Below are positions 1 to 12,850 of a DNA stretch of 64,000 nt, in pieces. The notes beneath the pieces were generated by a model. The model searched no databases. It saw nothing but the letters and a program-made list of their open reading frames with translations, and was not told the DNA's origin. A program made the position numbers and the translations under genes. This stretch comes from Styela clava (taxonomy: Eukaryota): assembly GCF_964204865.1 (NCBI RefSeq), contig NC_135263.1, forward strand, positions 8,494,001-8,558,000, in the 5' to 3' direction. Within the stretch, counting starts at the first letter, position 1. Each line of letters starts with the position of its first letter.

Positions 1-84
1 TCGTAATCAGAAACTCGACCTGGGCAGCAGAACAATTTGGCACGCTCCAGATCTAGCAGATGCTATGAAACATTTGGGTGTAGG

Positions 85-529
85 TAGGGTTACCATATTT
101 TTGTGACTTCAAATAGGGACGCCTTGAAAGACAACGACCCCCTAGCTGTGATTTTGTAACTTCACATTTTCCCATTTTACTACATAGGCCTACATTCCTA
201 TATTTAAAGCTGTCTCGGCTGTCTTTATTGACCATATTGTTATCGAAATTTCATGCGCATATTCTCTGTCCAAATATCTGGTTCAGTTTGAAAAATAGGA
301 AGGAATTGACGTTAACGATACCGGTACAAATAATTCGAATTTAGACTAATCAGTATTGGTTTTACATGCGATACGTCTGACATCAATGGGAATCAGCTGG
401 AAACGAAACGAGAACATGTTTGTGTATTATGCTGGAAAAGCGGGACTTTTGGCTGACTTATCGGGACGGCGGGACAAAACGCTGAAAAGCGGGACTTTCC
501 CGCCTAAAGCGGGACGTATGGTAAGCCTA
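85..529. mobile_element. Non-autonomous hAT-like (Tip100-type ends) MITE
   Basis: TIR TAGGGTTACCATA (85-97) / TATGGTAAGCCTA (517-529); several subterminal GCGGGAC repeats at 439-515; no clean TSD seen. Confidence 0.6.
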
Positions 530-1401
530 GTGTTCACGCATAGTTCTAGATACAAATTGTGTCCGATGTTTCAAATAGATCCTGTCCCATGAGGCCAGAC
601 ATATTTGAGTTACCCGTACAAGCTGATTGTTATTATAATTATTATCAAACTATAAATAGTGACCTGACGGTAAACGGTAAGTTCATACGCTGTTCATCTT
701 AGCGAAATTGGTCAGCGAAAAATACACCTTGTGCAATTTTTCTTTTGCTTATCCAGTGAATTTTGGAATTCTTCAAATAATCCAAAGAACAATTGAAAAT
801 GTAAAATAACAGCCGATTAAGAGGTCTGATCTAGCGCAGAGCAAGCACATAAGGCACTATGTCTGATGGCAAAGAATTACAATTGACCCGAAATGGAGTA
901 CGTTGACCGAACGTCGCCTCGCTCAAGATATATACTTTGTGTAGCGTCATGGTCTTTACTAACCGCGCAAATTAATACATTGTGATGAAACAATGCTCAT
1001 TGACTAGATTCGAACATTGCCTTTCCAGCTTTTCCGATAACTAGCAAAAATGGACAAGGTTTATGAAAAAATTGCCATGACAGTTAACATATACATTACC
1101 CCCTGAAATTGTCCAAATTACACCCCTTTAGGGGCAATGGACCTTTCCCCGAGCATCGACTTCTTTGTTTACTTCGTGACATTGGCCAATCAGCAAGATG
1201 CAAAAAGTGACGTAACAATGCTCCTCTTTTGCTCAGACACTTTTCTCAGACAGATTTTCAACTCTACTCGTTAGTTTTCAGTTGTGTTTCGGAAACTTAG
1301 ATATAAATCAGATAATTCAATGATAACTCTGTCGTCCCAGGAGTTTTAATTTAATTGCAGTAATATAAAATTAGTGTAGAAAAAGTTGTGATAGACTAGG
1401 C

Positions 1402-3474
1402 CAGGGGTGGGCAACCCCTGGCACGCGTGCCAAACTTGGCACGCGAGCTCATTTATTCGGCACGCGAGTGAATCCTCGGAAACGAGATCATCTCCTTCAG
1501 AAAAAAAGTTTAAAGACTGTGAATTATTTGATGAAACTAGTTGTTCATTTATTCATTATTGTATGTTAACAATCCGTTATTTATTTAAACTCCTTTTTCC
1601 CTTTCACGACATATGGCTAGAAAAAAATATATTATGTCGTAACAAATGAGTGAGCTCTCGAGAAATTTTGTCGAGAAGAGCGCAGCATTCATTTGGCTGC
1701 ATTCTTACGTAATATAGTTTGTCTGTGCCACCCTTTTCTTCATTTCTGCTCGATTTATAAAGCTGTACGGCTTATGTTGGTTAGAGTTACTTGCTAACTT
1801 ACTGTTATAAATTGATTTCAAAATAAATATAAACGATTTGGATCTAGGGAAGGGAATACAAAAGAGCAGAAAATGAGCTATTGCGTGATTGGGATGCCAT
1901 TCCCGAAAAAATTTCGTGTCCTAAAAACTTTGCAACTGCATTACTCTCCATGTTTTTATTTACATATGCTTGTGAATCTCTGTTCTCAGTTATTATGAAC
2001 TTTATTAAGTCTCGTAACAGAAGTAGCTTGAAAGATGAAACCAGTAGTTTGTGTATTTCTTTGAAAGGTACAAAATATAAACCCAATGTAAAATATCAAT
2101 CATCGGTAATGCAGCAGCAGAAGTCTTACTGATATTTTCTCGAATTGTGAATAGGGATGGCGGAATCGACTCCGGATTCGATTCCAGAATCGTTTCTTTG
2201 TGGAATCGATTCCAGTGCATTGGAATCGATACTTAGGGTGGGTTAAAACTTGGATTGCAAACAAGGTATAATGTTTTGTGACAAGTTCTTCACATATACA
2301 TATGTACAAACTGATATGTTGAGTTGCTACAACGCCGCAAACTTAACTTTATTTCTACAGTGTCCTTCTCTCTCGTTTGCGCGGGTTGAAGGCAAATGCA
2401 ACATTTGGACCACTTCTGTACATTTTTTCTCATTTATTGCGTTCATTACTCCTATTTACTTGAAGCAGAGGGCCTCAAGAAAAGTAAAAAACTTGTTTCA
2501 GTTCGGAGTAGAAAATTTTACACCTCAGAGATGGAACAGTCTGCAGTCCAACAGACCGGAATAGCGGAAGAACTCTTCCATAGAAGTGATAGAGCATGTA
2601 TTGAAAATCTGATCAGTGATGGTATGGGTAACCTTGAAGTGACTGGTGGTGACATTGATGAATTGACCAGGGAGGTAAGGGCTTCAGCTGAGATATCAAA
2701 ATATTTGAATGGCAGAACTCTTGTCATATCTGCGACCCACGAAGAAAGTTGCAATGGTGGCAACAAAACAAAAAACGTATCCAAACATCGCAGTTGTCAG
2801 TTGTCATCAGAGGAGCTTTCCGTAACCAAATTCCGATCGAACTTAGAGGAAGACATGTGAACGAATTGAACTGTTAACATGACAGTAATTGTTTGACACA
2901 AAGTGGACATTCAAATCGTTTTTATATTATATTTTTGTTAGAATTATTTTTTTTGTTCTTGTTATGAAAAAATATCTTTTATCATTACCTACTGCACCAA
3001 TTGCAACTATACTCGAAAAGCTATCTTAAATAAACGTGCGGCCCGCGGCTTCACCCAGACACTTGTATCTGGCCCGCCTGTAAAAAAGGTTGCACACCCT
3101 GCTCTAAAAGATTCGTTTTTTTGTGTGTGTGATTTTGTCTACTGCGTCAAATTGAATACCCATACTACTTAGTTTGGGCTTTCGTGTCCATGTATTTGAA
3201 CATCGCTCACTTAAACTATGTTTTCTCGGTAATCTATATCGAGAATCGGAATCGAAAATTTAGGAATCGGATAAGAATCGAATACTTTTAAGTACTCATA
3301 CTTAGCATCCTTAATTGTGAATCTGACTGTAGAAGTTTAAAAAGTTTGTTATTGCTTATTTTTGCTTTAAAAGTAGCAAAGCATTGTTTTTAATTTTGGT
3401 CGGCACGCGGAAGAATTTTGTCGTTAAATTTAGCCGATTTCGAAACACGAGCCGAAAAAGGTTGCCCACCCCTG
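1402..3474 (+). mobile_element. Charlie-type hAT transposon deletion derivative with transposase C-terminal remnant
   Basis: Perfect 15-bp TIR CAGGGGTGGGCAACC / GGTTGCCCACCCCTG; perfect 8-bp TSD GACTAGGC (1394-1401, 3475-3482); remnant ORF 1881-2132 (TYACESLFS..MNFIKSRNRSSL) matches the hAT dimerisation domain motif. Confidence 0.92.
2152..3313. mobile_element. Ac-type hAT MITE nested in the Charlie element
   Basis: TIR TAGGGATG / CATCCTTA; perfect 8-bp TSD ATTGTGAA (2144-2151, 3314-3321); subterminal GAATCG/CGATTC repeats at both ends; contains an orphan Charlie-like right end (GGTTGCACACCCTG, 3088-3101). Confidence 0.85.
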
Positions 3475-3854
3475 GACTAGGCTAAAATTCTTTACCGGTA
3501 CTTTTCAAAAACAGATTGTTGTATGGCGTATGCAATGAATCATAATGATGGTTTGAAACACATACCCCATGTTACAGGCGCCAACTCGCAAAAGCACTCT
3601 TAAAATAACCCCGAAAATTTTGCAATGGTAAAGTATAGAAAGAGTTTTTCACGGGTCAAAGGTCGGGAAAATGTCCATTATCTCGAGTCTGGGAACCAAT
3701 CTAATGGTTGAAATGGAAGAATCCATGCCCCAACACCAACACTATGAACACCAACATGAGCTTTTTAGCCGGGCTTTTCACACAGTGAATTTATTCATGT
3801 GCCCATAGCGCTTTTCTATACTATTTACTGCTGGTACGGTCATTTTGTTCTTTA

Positions 3855-5044
3855 TTATTGGTATATCGCTGTCATCGCGATAACGGTGATAAATACAACA
3901 AGGATAGCTTCGCTCTTCATATTTCTGCAACTGTTGCATCCATCTGTGTCAAAAGAGAATATTGGAGAATTTGTTTAATTAAAACGGAACCAATTTACAA
4001 AAAAAAACAGCACTAATTAATTCAATGTTTTTGTGAGGTTTAATAAATCGTCTATGCTGAAAAACTGCATGCCTAAAGGTCCAATAAAATAAAATAATTA
4101 AAAAATATTATACTAACTTAAAGTTACTTTAAATTGGTCAGTTCATTCGAAATAATAATTTACCACTGTCGCATATGCATGTTTCGATGTCTTTTCCAAT
4201 GGTGCAATTGTTGAATGAAAGCGCTGTGCATGTTCTAGTGACTTCGCCTGAAAAGTTTATTTTATTTCAGCAAAATTTATCAACAAACAACTTAAATATT
4301 ATACTAATGTTTACAATTGCGAATTATCGTGCTTTACAAAGGCTTCATTATATTGAGTGAAAGAGTCCTAACTGATTTAATGAGCAAATTTTTTGTTAGC
4401 GATTCAATTTGAGAGAGTTAATTTTACTGTATATTAGAAGAGTGACAGCTTAGCAATAATTAATGTCAAAAAATACGTGAACTATACCTCGAAAAGTTAT
4501 TTTTCGACATCCATGAAAAACTCCACCGCAATCCATCAACTTATATTTAGATTTCACTGAATCACCATCGTTGCAAACGCCATATTTATCACAAACAAAG
4601 CATTTTATTGTTGAGGCTAAAACAAAATAATGTATTACAAATTCCATTTGAAAGAAATTAATTAAATTATTTCCCCTTACTAATTTTATTGAAAATCATA
4701 ATATCTGAAACCATGTCAGAATATCACACGTCATGGCTGCTGAGTCGGGTTTTATTCGACTCCCAAATGCTCCAAGCCTGCAAAAAAAAACGACCTCGAT
4801 TTGTTTAAAAATTTAAATTTGACTTTGGTTTTGAAAGCACTATTGACGGCTCTTCAATTATGGAACCTTTCAACCGCTTTGCATTGAGATATCCGATTTT
4901 GGCACATAGATAAGAAGATCTTATTGTGATTTCGAACAGTTTAGTAATACAATTGATCAACTTAAGTAATATTACTTTGAAATGAAGTTACGTACCTTTT
5001 TCAAAAGTAAAAATTACAGCGATAACAAATAATACGAATTTCAT
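3855..5044 (-). CDS. Ly6/uPAR three-finger GPI-anchored protein A (quiver/sleepless-like), 116 aa
   Basis: Exons 5044-4996, 4616-4488, 4247-4164, 3943-3855, all GT-AG phase 1; MKFVLFVIAVIFTFEKASTIKCFVCDKYGVCNDGDSVKSKYKLMDCGGVFHGCRKITFRGEVTRTCTALSFNNCTIGKDIETCICDSDGCNSCRNMKSEAILVVFITVIAMTAIYQ: signal peptide, 10-Cys LU pattern ending in CN, hydrophobic tail; AATAAA at 3790-3795 (-). Confidence 0.9.
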
Positions 5045-6550
5045 TTCATTCAGAATCTGTAGCAGACATTAGTGAAACAAATGTTAATGTACAAATTAGC
5101 ATTGAACGGGTATTTAAAGTTGGACAAATGGCTTCGAAGCTTCAAGTACCTAATCTATAATTTAGAAACTTGCGAACAGTTTGTTTTAGTCATTGCTATA
5201 CTCTGTGGTACAATGTAATGTGACACCTGAGGGAAGGGAAAGTGAATTCTAATGAGTCTGTCATATTGCATTGAAATATTACAGATATACGAGCTCTAGA
5301 TGCTGCAGTGACGAAGCGAGTCGAACTGGAATGCTATTATTTATCATACAGCATTTATGAAGGGTTGAATAAAAAAAAGTTACTTTGAATAAAGACTAAC
5401 TTAAACGTATATTATACGCCCTCGCTAGAAATCATGTAAGTATATGGGCACTTATGCGTAGTCACGTTGTCATACTCTTTTTAACGTATAAAAACAAGGA
5501 TGAAACCTACAGTGTTTGATTTATCAATTATTTAGACAAAAAGCTATAATATTGTTTTAGGTGATTAAATCAATAAAAATGCAATTAAAAATCTCCTTAG
5601 ATTCCATCTACCTATTCTGACTGCTTCTTTCCAGCTACGATAACGACTACTTATTGTTCTCATTATAAAGAAACCGAACATTATATATCAAAATTCCTAT
5701 ACTAGGGCAAGCACAGTTGACAATAAATCACATCTGATATTCGCTATCGCAGGCAATATATGAATAGCAAGAAAATATTATTAGAATTTGATGCTTTCGC
5801 AATGGCGAAACGGTGCAGGGTATAGTGCATGTATTGTTTGAGGTATCGTTTTTCCTGTATGAGTAAGCGCAACACACATCTAAATTTTACCGAATTCTCC
5901 ATATATATATGTGAAACATAGAATGCATGAAAGGAAAATGCTTAGCTGGTCAAGATCAGAAGAAGGTCAATTTTTTCTACACATATGGAATCAAAGCATA
6001 CCTTTCAAAAATTTTAAAAGTTGATAAACTGTTTTAGAACATTTTTGTATATGATTGCCTAAATCTATGTTCAGCGCTTACTTTTCATGCCTTGATCAGA
6101 TGAGGTATCAGTATCCGCTGGCATGAATTGAGAACTGACAAAAACATTCAAATAGATTCACAGCGGGCCCTTGAATAACTTCTCGCTTCTTGTTCCGGGC
6201 GAAGGTGTGTAGCACCCCACAGAATTTCACATAATCATTTACGAAAAACTTTGGTATAGTCGGATAGAGTTAAAATTACATGAGAAATGAGGCAGAATAG
6301 CAAACTATGCGTCTTGGTAAAATTTTGTTTAACAAAGAGTGTATATATTCTATCAGAAATCATCATATATAAATAGAAAAACATATTGCTCCATCTGAAT
6401 TTTTCAACATCTTGACTCGGCATAACCAACGTTGATTTGGTAGGATGCTACATTGCAGCAAGAATGAGACCGATGCAGCTGTTTGTGTTGGAATGTTTCG
6501 AAACAGCCCGTTAATAGTAGTATTTTTGAATATAGAGATAAATTTGAATA

Positions 6551-6638
6551 CATTGTTCATTCTTGCAAGCTCATGCATTCACTTCATTTAAAGCCATTGT
6601 TCATTCTTGCAAGCTCATGCATTCACTTCATTTAAAGC
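6551..6638. repeat. Perfect 44-bp tandem duplication
   Basis: CATTGTTCATTCTTGCAAGCTCATGCATTCACTTCATTTAAAGC x2. Confidence 0.9.
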
Positions 6639-9176
6639 TATTCACTGCGGTAAATCTTTCTCTTCTATGGTTTGGGGCGTATAATGAATACCATTGATGA
6701 AGGGTAGTATAACTATTAATTTGTCAATATGGATTCGTCTACTAGGTTCATAGAATCATAATAAAAACATCTACTGAACACATAGCGTACATATTATAGA
6801 TCGTCTGGCTAAATTTTTGTTGTTGTTGGATTTTTTTATTTGGTTGCTTTTTGTTTGGTTTTTATTTGGTAAAATGACTTTTATCCGCAGCAAATGATCC
6901 AATCAGTTTTCAAATAGATATTACTGTTTTTTTTTCAAATTTACACCTATGTGATTCGATGTTTCACAAAAATTTTGCTGTCTAATTTAAGTTTATGGGA
7001 ACCGTTGTTCATTTCGTTATCATGGTGCTGCGCCTTACCAATTGCCGATACCGCAAGCCATGTCCGTTCGTTAAAGTTCATAGAATTTAGATTTAGACAG
7101 ACAAATTCAATAAACCGCATGTTGGTAATACGACTGTGTAATCAACAACATTGGAATCTTGCTTCAAATTGCCAACCCGAATAACTCACCCGCTTCCTAA
7201 CATCGGATGGAATTTTCAAGTCGGGTTTTCGTGACTAAAATGTGGCATAATTATTTATATTCAAGCAAAATACGGTAAGTGGCTAATAAATGTCTCACTG
7301 CGTAAATATTGAGTCGCATGAAACAGATAAATTCACTACTCATTTTCATTTCCCTTAACTTTCACATAACGGTGCGAAATCCGGGAAATATATTAACTAT
7401 GCACAATGTCGTTACATACGGGAGCAATAGCTTATAGCCTTACACGGGTAATGCAATTATTTTGGAAAACCCATGACGTTCAATGATTCCAATAATGGTG
7501 ATTCCATTAGTTGACGTTATAATAGAGTTTTCAAATTAGCATAAAACTAAAAATTGCAGTTACAAGCAAGATGCCAATGCAAATCAAGCTATGTTTATTG
7601 AAAATATTTTGAATTTTTCATCGTGAATCCTTTGAGTCAATTATTTTTTGGAGCAAGTGTTGGTGGCAACACGGGGCGGTGGTTCGATAAACGTAAGAGA
7701 GGCTCAAAGGCTAAGACTTGACTTTTGCGATGTAATAATGTAGTTCACTTTTGCCAAAGGCTGCCAACTTTATTTCGTACGTTTATCACGCAAGTATATT
7801 TGGTAATTGTTAAAATGCCCCAATGGTACTTTAGTGTATGATATTTTAACATCGTAAAACAATTCTCGAATCACATTGACTTTCCTCAACTGACGATGAC
7901 ATGCAAAATCCTGATATTAACTGTGCACAATAATGCCGCTGCACAGAGAATCAATTGTGTGTAGCGCTGCAAAAGCTCGGGCGATTGCTTCAAAAATCCA
8001 TGCGATTAAAAAACCTCTTTCCTGTACATTCGTGATATAACTCATGGGTACACACAAATCAGCTTATGAAATTCCACTATAACAATGTCTGTGTATACGT
8101 TGTAATATATTTTTATGCTTGCATATACTTGTATGCGGAACTCTTATTCGATGGTGTATTGCCAGGTCTGACTATTGGGCTGACTTCCGAATTTACATTG
8201 TCAGACTCCGATCAAGCGATGCGATTGAAGATAAATTTATCTTATTTCCTCGTCCGCTATACGTTCGAGGATGTCTGCGTTTTACTGTTTTATGCTACTA
8301 TAAATAATCAATCCGTAATCTTGGGTCTTCTAATCTAAAAACTCCAGTACACACAACCCCAAACTGTGGTACGGCACATGCAAAAAAATGCACGAATTTT
8401 TACGTGATTTTTACGTGATAAGTTGTCTCCGAACTGGTCTGATCGGTTTTAACCACCCACCGTGGGAAAAATTCAACAGCGATAACAATCAGATAAGCCG
8501 TTATTCTATAGCCGTTATAATCTGAAGCAATGGATTTTTATATGGAGTTAAAACAGCCGTAAGTGATGGCAAGGTTTCTCCAAATAGTCGAAACGAATTG
8601 ATAGCTTCACATACCACATTTAACTTACAATGAAATGCTTGTAATTTTGAAATACCGAGTCTATTTAATAAAATGAAAACGTTCACCAATCATTCTGCTC
8701 GTATGTTGGTTTGTCTCATTGGCTATATAACAAAAACGTCGTTTACCAACCCCCATGATACTAAAAAATGCATTCTTTTGCTATTGTTTTAATTTTTTCG
8801 TTGCTATCGTGATTTTCTTGACATAAATTGAGAATTATGAGATGCATCCTTAGTGTCTTCGACCACTTTCTTTGATAATATAAAGTTTTTTATATGATTT
8901 TCATATATTAGAGCCACTCTAATAATCACAAAAAAACTACAGTAACATGCGTTTGGTTTTCCGACCCATTCAATCCGAAAATACTTTAGTAAAATTAGCT
9001 TTACGAAAATAGAGCAGTTAATGTTCCTTAGGATTTTGGCATTTCAATGCCTAAAATTGATTCAGTGTTTATATGTTGGAGAAATCTGCTATTTTTATTA
9101 GTGTTTTGAGGTTTTTTTACATTATAGTGTATTTAGGGTAACAATGTTTTGGGAAAACCAAACGCACCTCAACAAT

Positions 9177-10056
9177 TTACAGAAAGAATTTTGCCAAAAT
9201 GAAGCTGAAGATTGTGGTGACGATGGTGCTTGCCTTCAGCATTCCTGCACCGTTGCATTCATCTGTTGAAGTATGATTAACCAAATTTTAAAATTTATAA
9301 TAACAAGCAGAAGATAATAATATTGTACATAATAATATATTACTAATAAATAGCTGATAATATTCACTGCCATTTAAACCGCCACGTCCTTGTTTAATTC
9401 ATGAGATATTTTTTGGCAAGGTTTACCTGAACCACAGTTGCAAGTCTCAGTTTTCACTCCTAGTAGTTCGACCGTGTTGCAGTCAGCAGTTTCAGAGCTC
9501 GCGGTGCAAGTTCGTCCCACAACACCTTATTAAATCAATTATTAATTAAATTAATTTCAGTTAAACTACGACTTTATTTAATTAGTAGATAATCTTAGAA
9601 ATATATATCAAAAGTTAAAATTATATATGTTTTTCATTTGTGATGCTGACAGTCTCGCTATACTGAAACTTAAGATTGCGTCCTCAGTCTTTGGATTATC
9701 AAGTCAGCATGTTTTCTTTCCGACCGTTTCCTCTATAACTTTGCTTTTAGAGTTTTTAATTTTAGAATTTTATTTTGAAATACCATAATAAATTTATACC
9801 TGCTACAGTCACTTTGCCGCATCCACTAAAGCCATCGCCACAATCGATCAAATTAGACGGTTCGCTACAATTGGCGCACACGTAACACTTTATAGCCATA
9901 CCTGAAAATTTAAAACAAAGTTTTTATGAAAAAAATAAAATAATTGTACAGTATTTATTGACAAAAACGAAGATAGTACTGTATTTGCGAACAAGTTAAT
10001 TCCATACCCACTGAGGCGCAAAGAAGAACCACACAAATAGACAAGGCAATCTTCAT
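9177..10056 (-). CDS. Ly6/uPAR three-finger GPI-anchored protein B, 111 aa
   Basis: Exons 10056-10008, 9901-9800, 9525-9427, 9262-9177, all phase 1; MKIALSICVVLLCASVGMAIKCYVCANCSEPSNLIDCGDGFSGCGKVTVAGVVGRTCTASSETADCNTVELLGVKTETCNCGSDECNGAGMLKASTIVTTIFSFILAKFFL. Confidence 0.92.
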
Positions 10057-10427
10057 TTTTGCGTTTGTTACGAATCCTTTGTTAAGAATTGAAATAAATT
10101 TAATATCTGAAAATATGTGCCATTATGATGAGTAACATTGTTTTAGACAATCATAACAATAAATGATCCGTACAATTGATGATCAGAAATGAAAGCAATG
10201 CTTTCAAACTATCGATAATAATAGAAATAATATTGTTTTTGGTCTCATTACTTTCTATTTTAACTACTTTCATCCTGAGTATAATTTATTTCGCACGAAA
10301 ATATTTCGAACATCAAAAAACAAACTATGTAAAACCTATGTAAAAACCCACCCCAAACTTACAACTTTCTGGTATTTAGAACAACTAAATAAATGATATC
10401 AGTTTGAACACAATAAATATTTTGGAC

Positions 10428-10435
10428 TATTTATA
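10428..10435 (-). promoter_or_regulatory. TATA box of Ly6 gene B
   Basis: TATAAATA on - strand, about 65 nt upstream of a GTAAGT donor (10362) whose intron ends at an AG acceptor (10107-10108) about 50 nt before the ATG; fits a short 5'UTR exon. Confidence 0.5.
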
Positions 10436-12629
10436 AAACATCGATATGACAACGAAATCATAAATGTATTCCTTTTCACAGACATGAAATCTCAACAATT
10501 TGTTAATTGGTTAAAAAAAGCATTCAATCTTTGAATAAAACTCATAATCAGATATATGTTTATATCGATTGAAAAACCCTAAAAATTGCAAAAGAGAATA
10601 TATATATCGAAGTAAACCAAATAATTGGTGCATTCACGTAACATTAGAGTTTTAAACCCTCAATCTTTTTCAATCACTCATTTACCCATAAACCCTCAAT
10701 CTTCCGCTCATCACTCATTTACTTCGAACTTTGCTATATATCTAGTGTTTTCCTACATAACATCTCGTATACATAACGCATTAATCAGTCATGTTATAAA
10801 CCTACATATACTTCTTCCAAAAAAATATAGTAGAAATAATAAATAGATTTTAACGCTAAGATATACATCATTTTTAAGAGGAAAATTAAATACATCTTGA
10901 AAAGACAATTCCATTGCCAATGAATAGCTCTTGGTGGTTGGTAGTCCCACGCCCTATTGAAGAATTTGGTTGGATTTCGAAACATATAGCTACACTGCTG
11001 GGCGTTTTTGGTCATGCTCTCTGCACACACCCGGGATTCCATTTGCCATTTTATTCTCAAATGAACAACGCTTTTTCGGCCCTGTTTACCCGCGTTAGCG
11101 AATACCGATCTCCAATAGTTATATCTGTTTCTAACGACATGAATGAAACGACATGAAAGAAAATTGAATTATTTCATTTTGCTGACTGATACCAACTCCA
11201 AACGCACAATTGAATGTCGCAATACATGTTTACTACAAACTGCACGTCATGAGGAAGGCCTCTTCATTGCTGTAAGAGTCACTGTAAGCGCCTTTGTTAG
11301 ATGAATGAACGCAATACATAACCTTCATGTTTCGCCAGAAGTTTATTGTTTTCACTGAATACGAGTACAACCAATTGTCATGTCCGCCTGAATCCAAGGT
11401 CTTTTCGCCTAAACCATATTATTACTATTGCTGCCCGAGGTATACCCATACGATCTCCTTTTGCGGCCGATTTGAAAATTACCTAGGGTGTCAATTATCT
11501 CCCAGTACAATAGTCCGGGTTATGGTGACACCCTTATTTAAAATTTACTGGATAAAACATGTTTATCTCAAAGATATTTAATGAATTAACTTGCTGAGGA
11601 AACACAATATTGAAGCCTTGTTCATTGAAACCCTTCCTTCTTCCAATTCACCAAGCGCGATATACTCTAGTCTCGTGTATTTTCGTTTGACGATAATTAA
11701 CTTAATTATATATATTTACTTATTATTGGATGATTACTAATCACACGAGGTATCGATGCCCGAATTTTCCTATGCACCTTTTCTTCAAACCACGCTTGCA
11801 ATAACCTACAGATGCATGCCTATCGATACTTCGAAGCGACTGTGTGGTTGAACACCAGTTGTCGACTGCATCAGACGATGCTCGGCTATTGCTTGGTTAG
11901 CCTTGGCAAAGCCTTATTGCCCCCTTTCGAGTGACCCGTGACCGACTACTGTATATAGGTTTCCCAACAAGGGAAATTGAAACGAACAAATTCCTGGGGC
12001 GTCATATCAACGATCATTGCACAATTAATAATAATACCATGATTCTATAATCTAAGCTAAACTTGCTAATGTTTTCTCTGATCTATTCTAAAATATATTT
12101 TTTATGCTTTAACCAACCAGTGCGTCGCGAAGCTGTCCAAGGTGGGTCACGACGCATTTCCAAATGTCACATACACTTTTAAGTTAGATCGGGGAATTGT
12201 GGCATTATCATTACGTAACAATAACACTTATGAAACAATTTAACAATTAGAATTTTTTGTTGTGTCTCGTCAATAATTTCAGTACGCCTCTATATGTTGG
12301 AAAGTGTAGGTAGGCTACTAGGCAGATTAGTAATTCGGTTGAATTCGGGTAGACAGTAGCAAAGACGCTGGTTTATGTAATTGGTTATCTTATGTCCAAA
12401 GAGTTACATTTTGAATACTGCGTAAAGCGGGTTTAATATACTTTATTTAAACACTCTAACTTTGTTTGATGCTTGTAAGGTGGCGTTAGGTGACTTCAGC
12501 GGCGTTGAATCTTGATTGTTTCCCAAAGACTGTTTTCGATTCTTTAAAAAAAGACAATCGTCCAACTTTGTCCTAGCAAAGAGGGCAAAGGAAAAGTTAG
12601 CATTGAAGGAAAGTTCATATTGTACTAAC

Positions 12630-12850
12630 GGCGCTCCAGAAGTACGTGTACCAAATACCAATATAGAGGTAACTAATTTTGTTCGCCTATTTTACAGTAA
12701 ATTGTATAAAGGGACTGAAATCTATGGGCAGGGGAATATTCACTTGGCTAACGCAGACATTCTCCTAATTCGTAATATAACTAAACTATACTGAAAATCG
12801 GAATAAAATTATTCCTAACCTTAACCTGGTACACATACTTCGGGAGTACC
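12630..12850. mobile_element. Palindromic GG-start MITE family (Merlin-like, tentative), copy 1
   Basis: GGCGCTCCAGAAGTACGTGTACCA / TGGTACACATACTTCGGGAGTACC (20/24); flanks GTACTAAC / GTGCCAAC resemble a decayed 8-bp TSD. Confidence 0.65.

Larger units (their letters stand above)
1139..3676. mobile_element. Outer TIR element with AT TSD (ISL2EU/Harbinger-like, tentative), hosting nested hAT insertions
   Basis: AT|GGACCTTTCCCCGA at 1137-1152 and TCGGGAAAATGTCC|AT at 3663-3678: imperfect inverted repeat with AT on both sides. Confidence 0.5.

Noticed and set aside
10794-11156. Overlapping 80-88 aa ORFs between Ly6 genes B and C
   Set aside because: No recognisable domain or splice structure; probably decayed repeat
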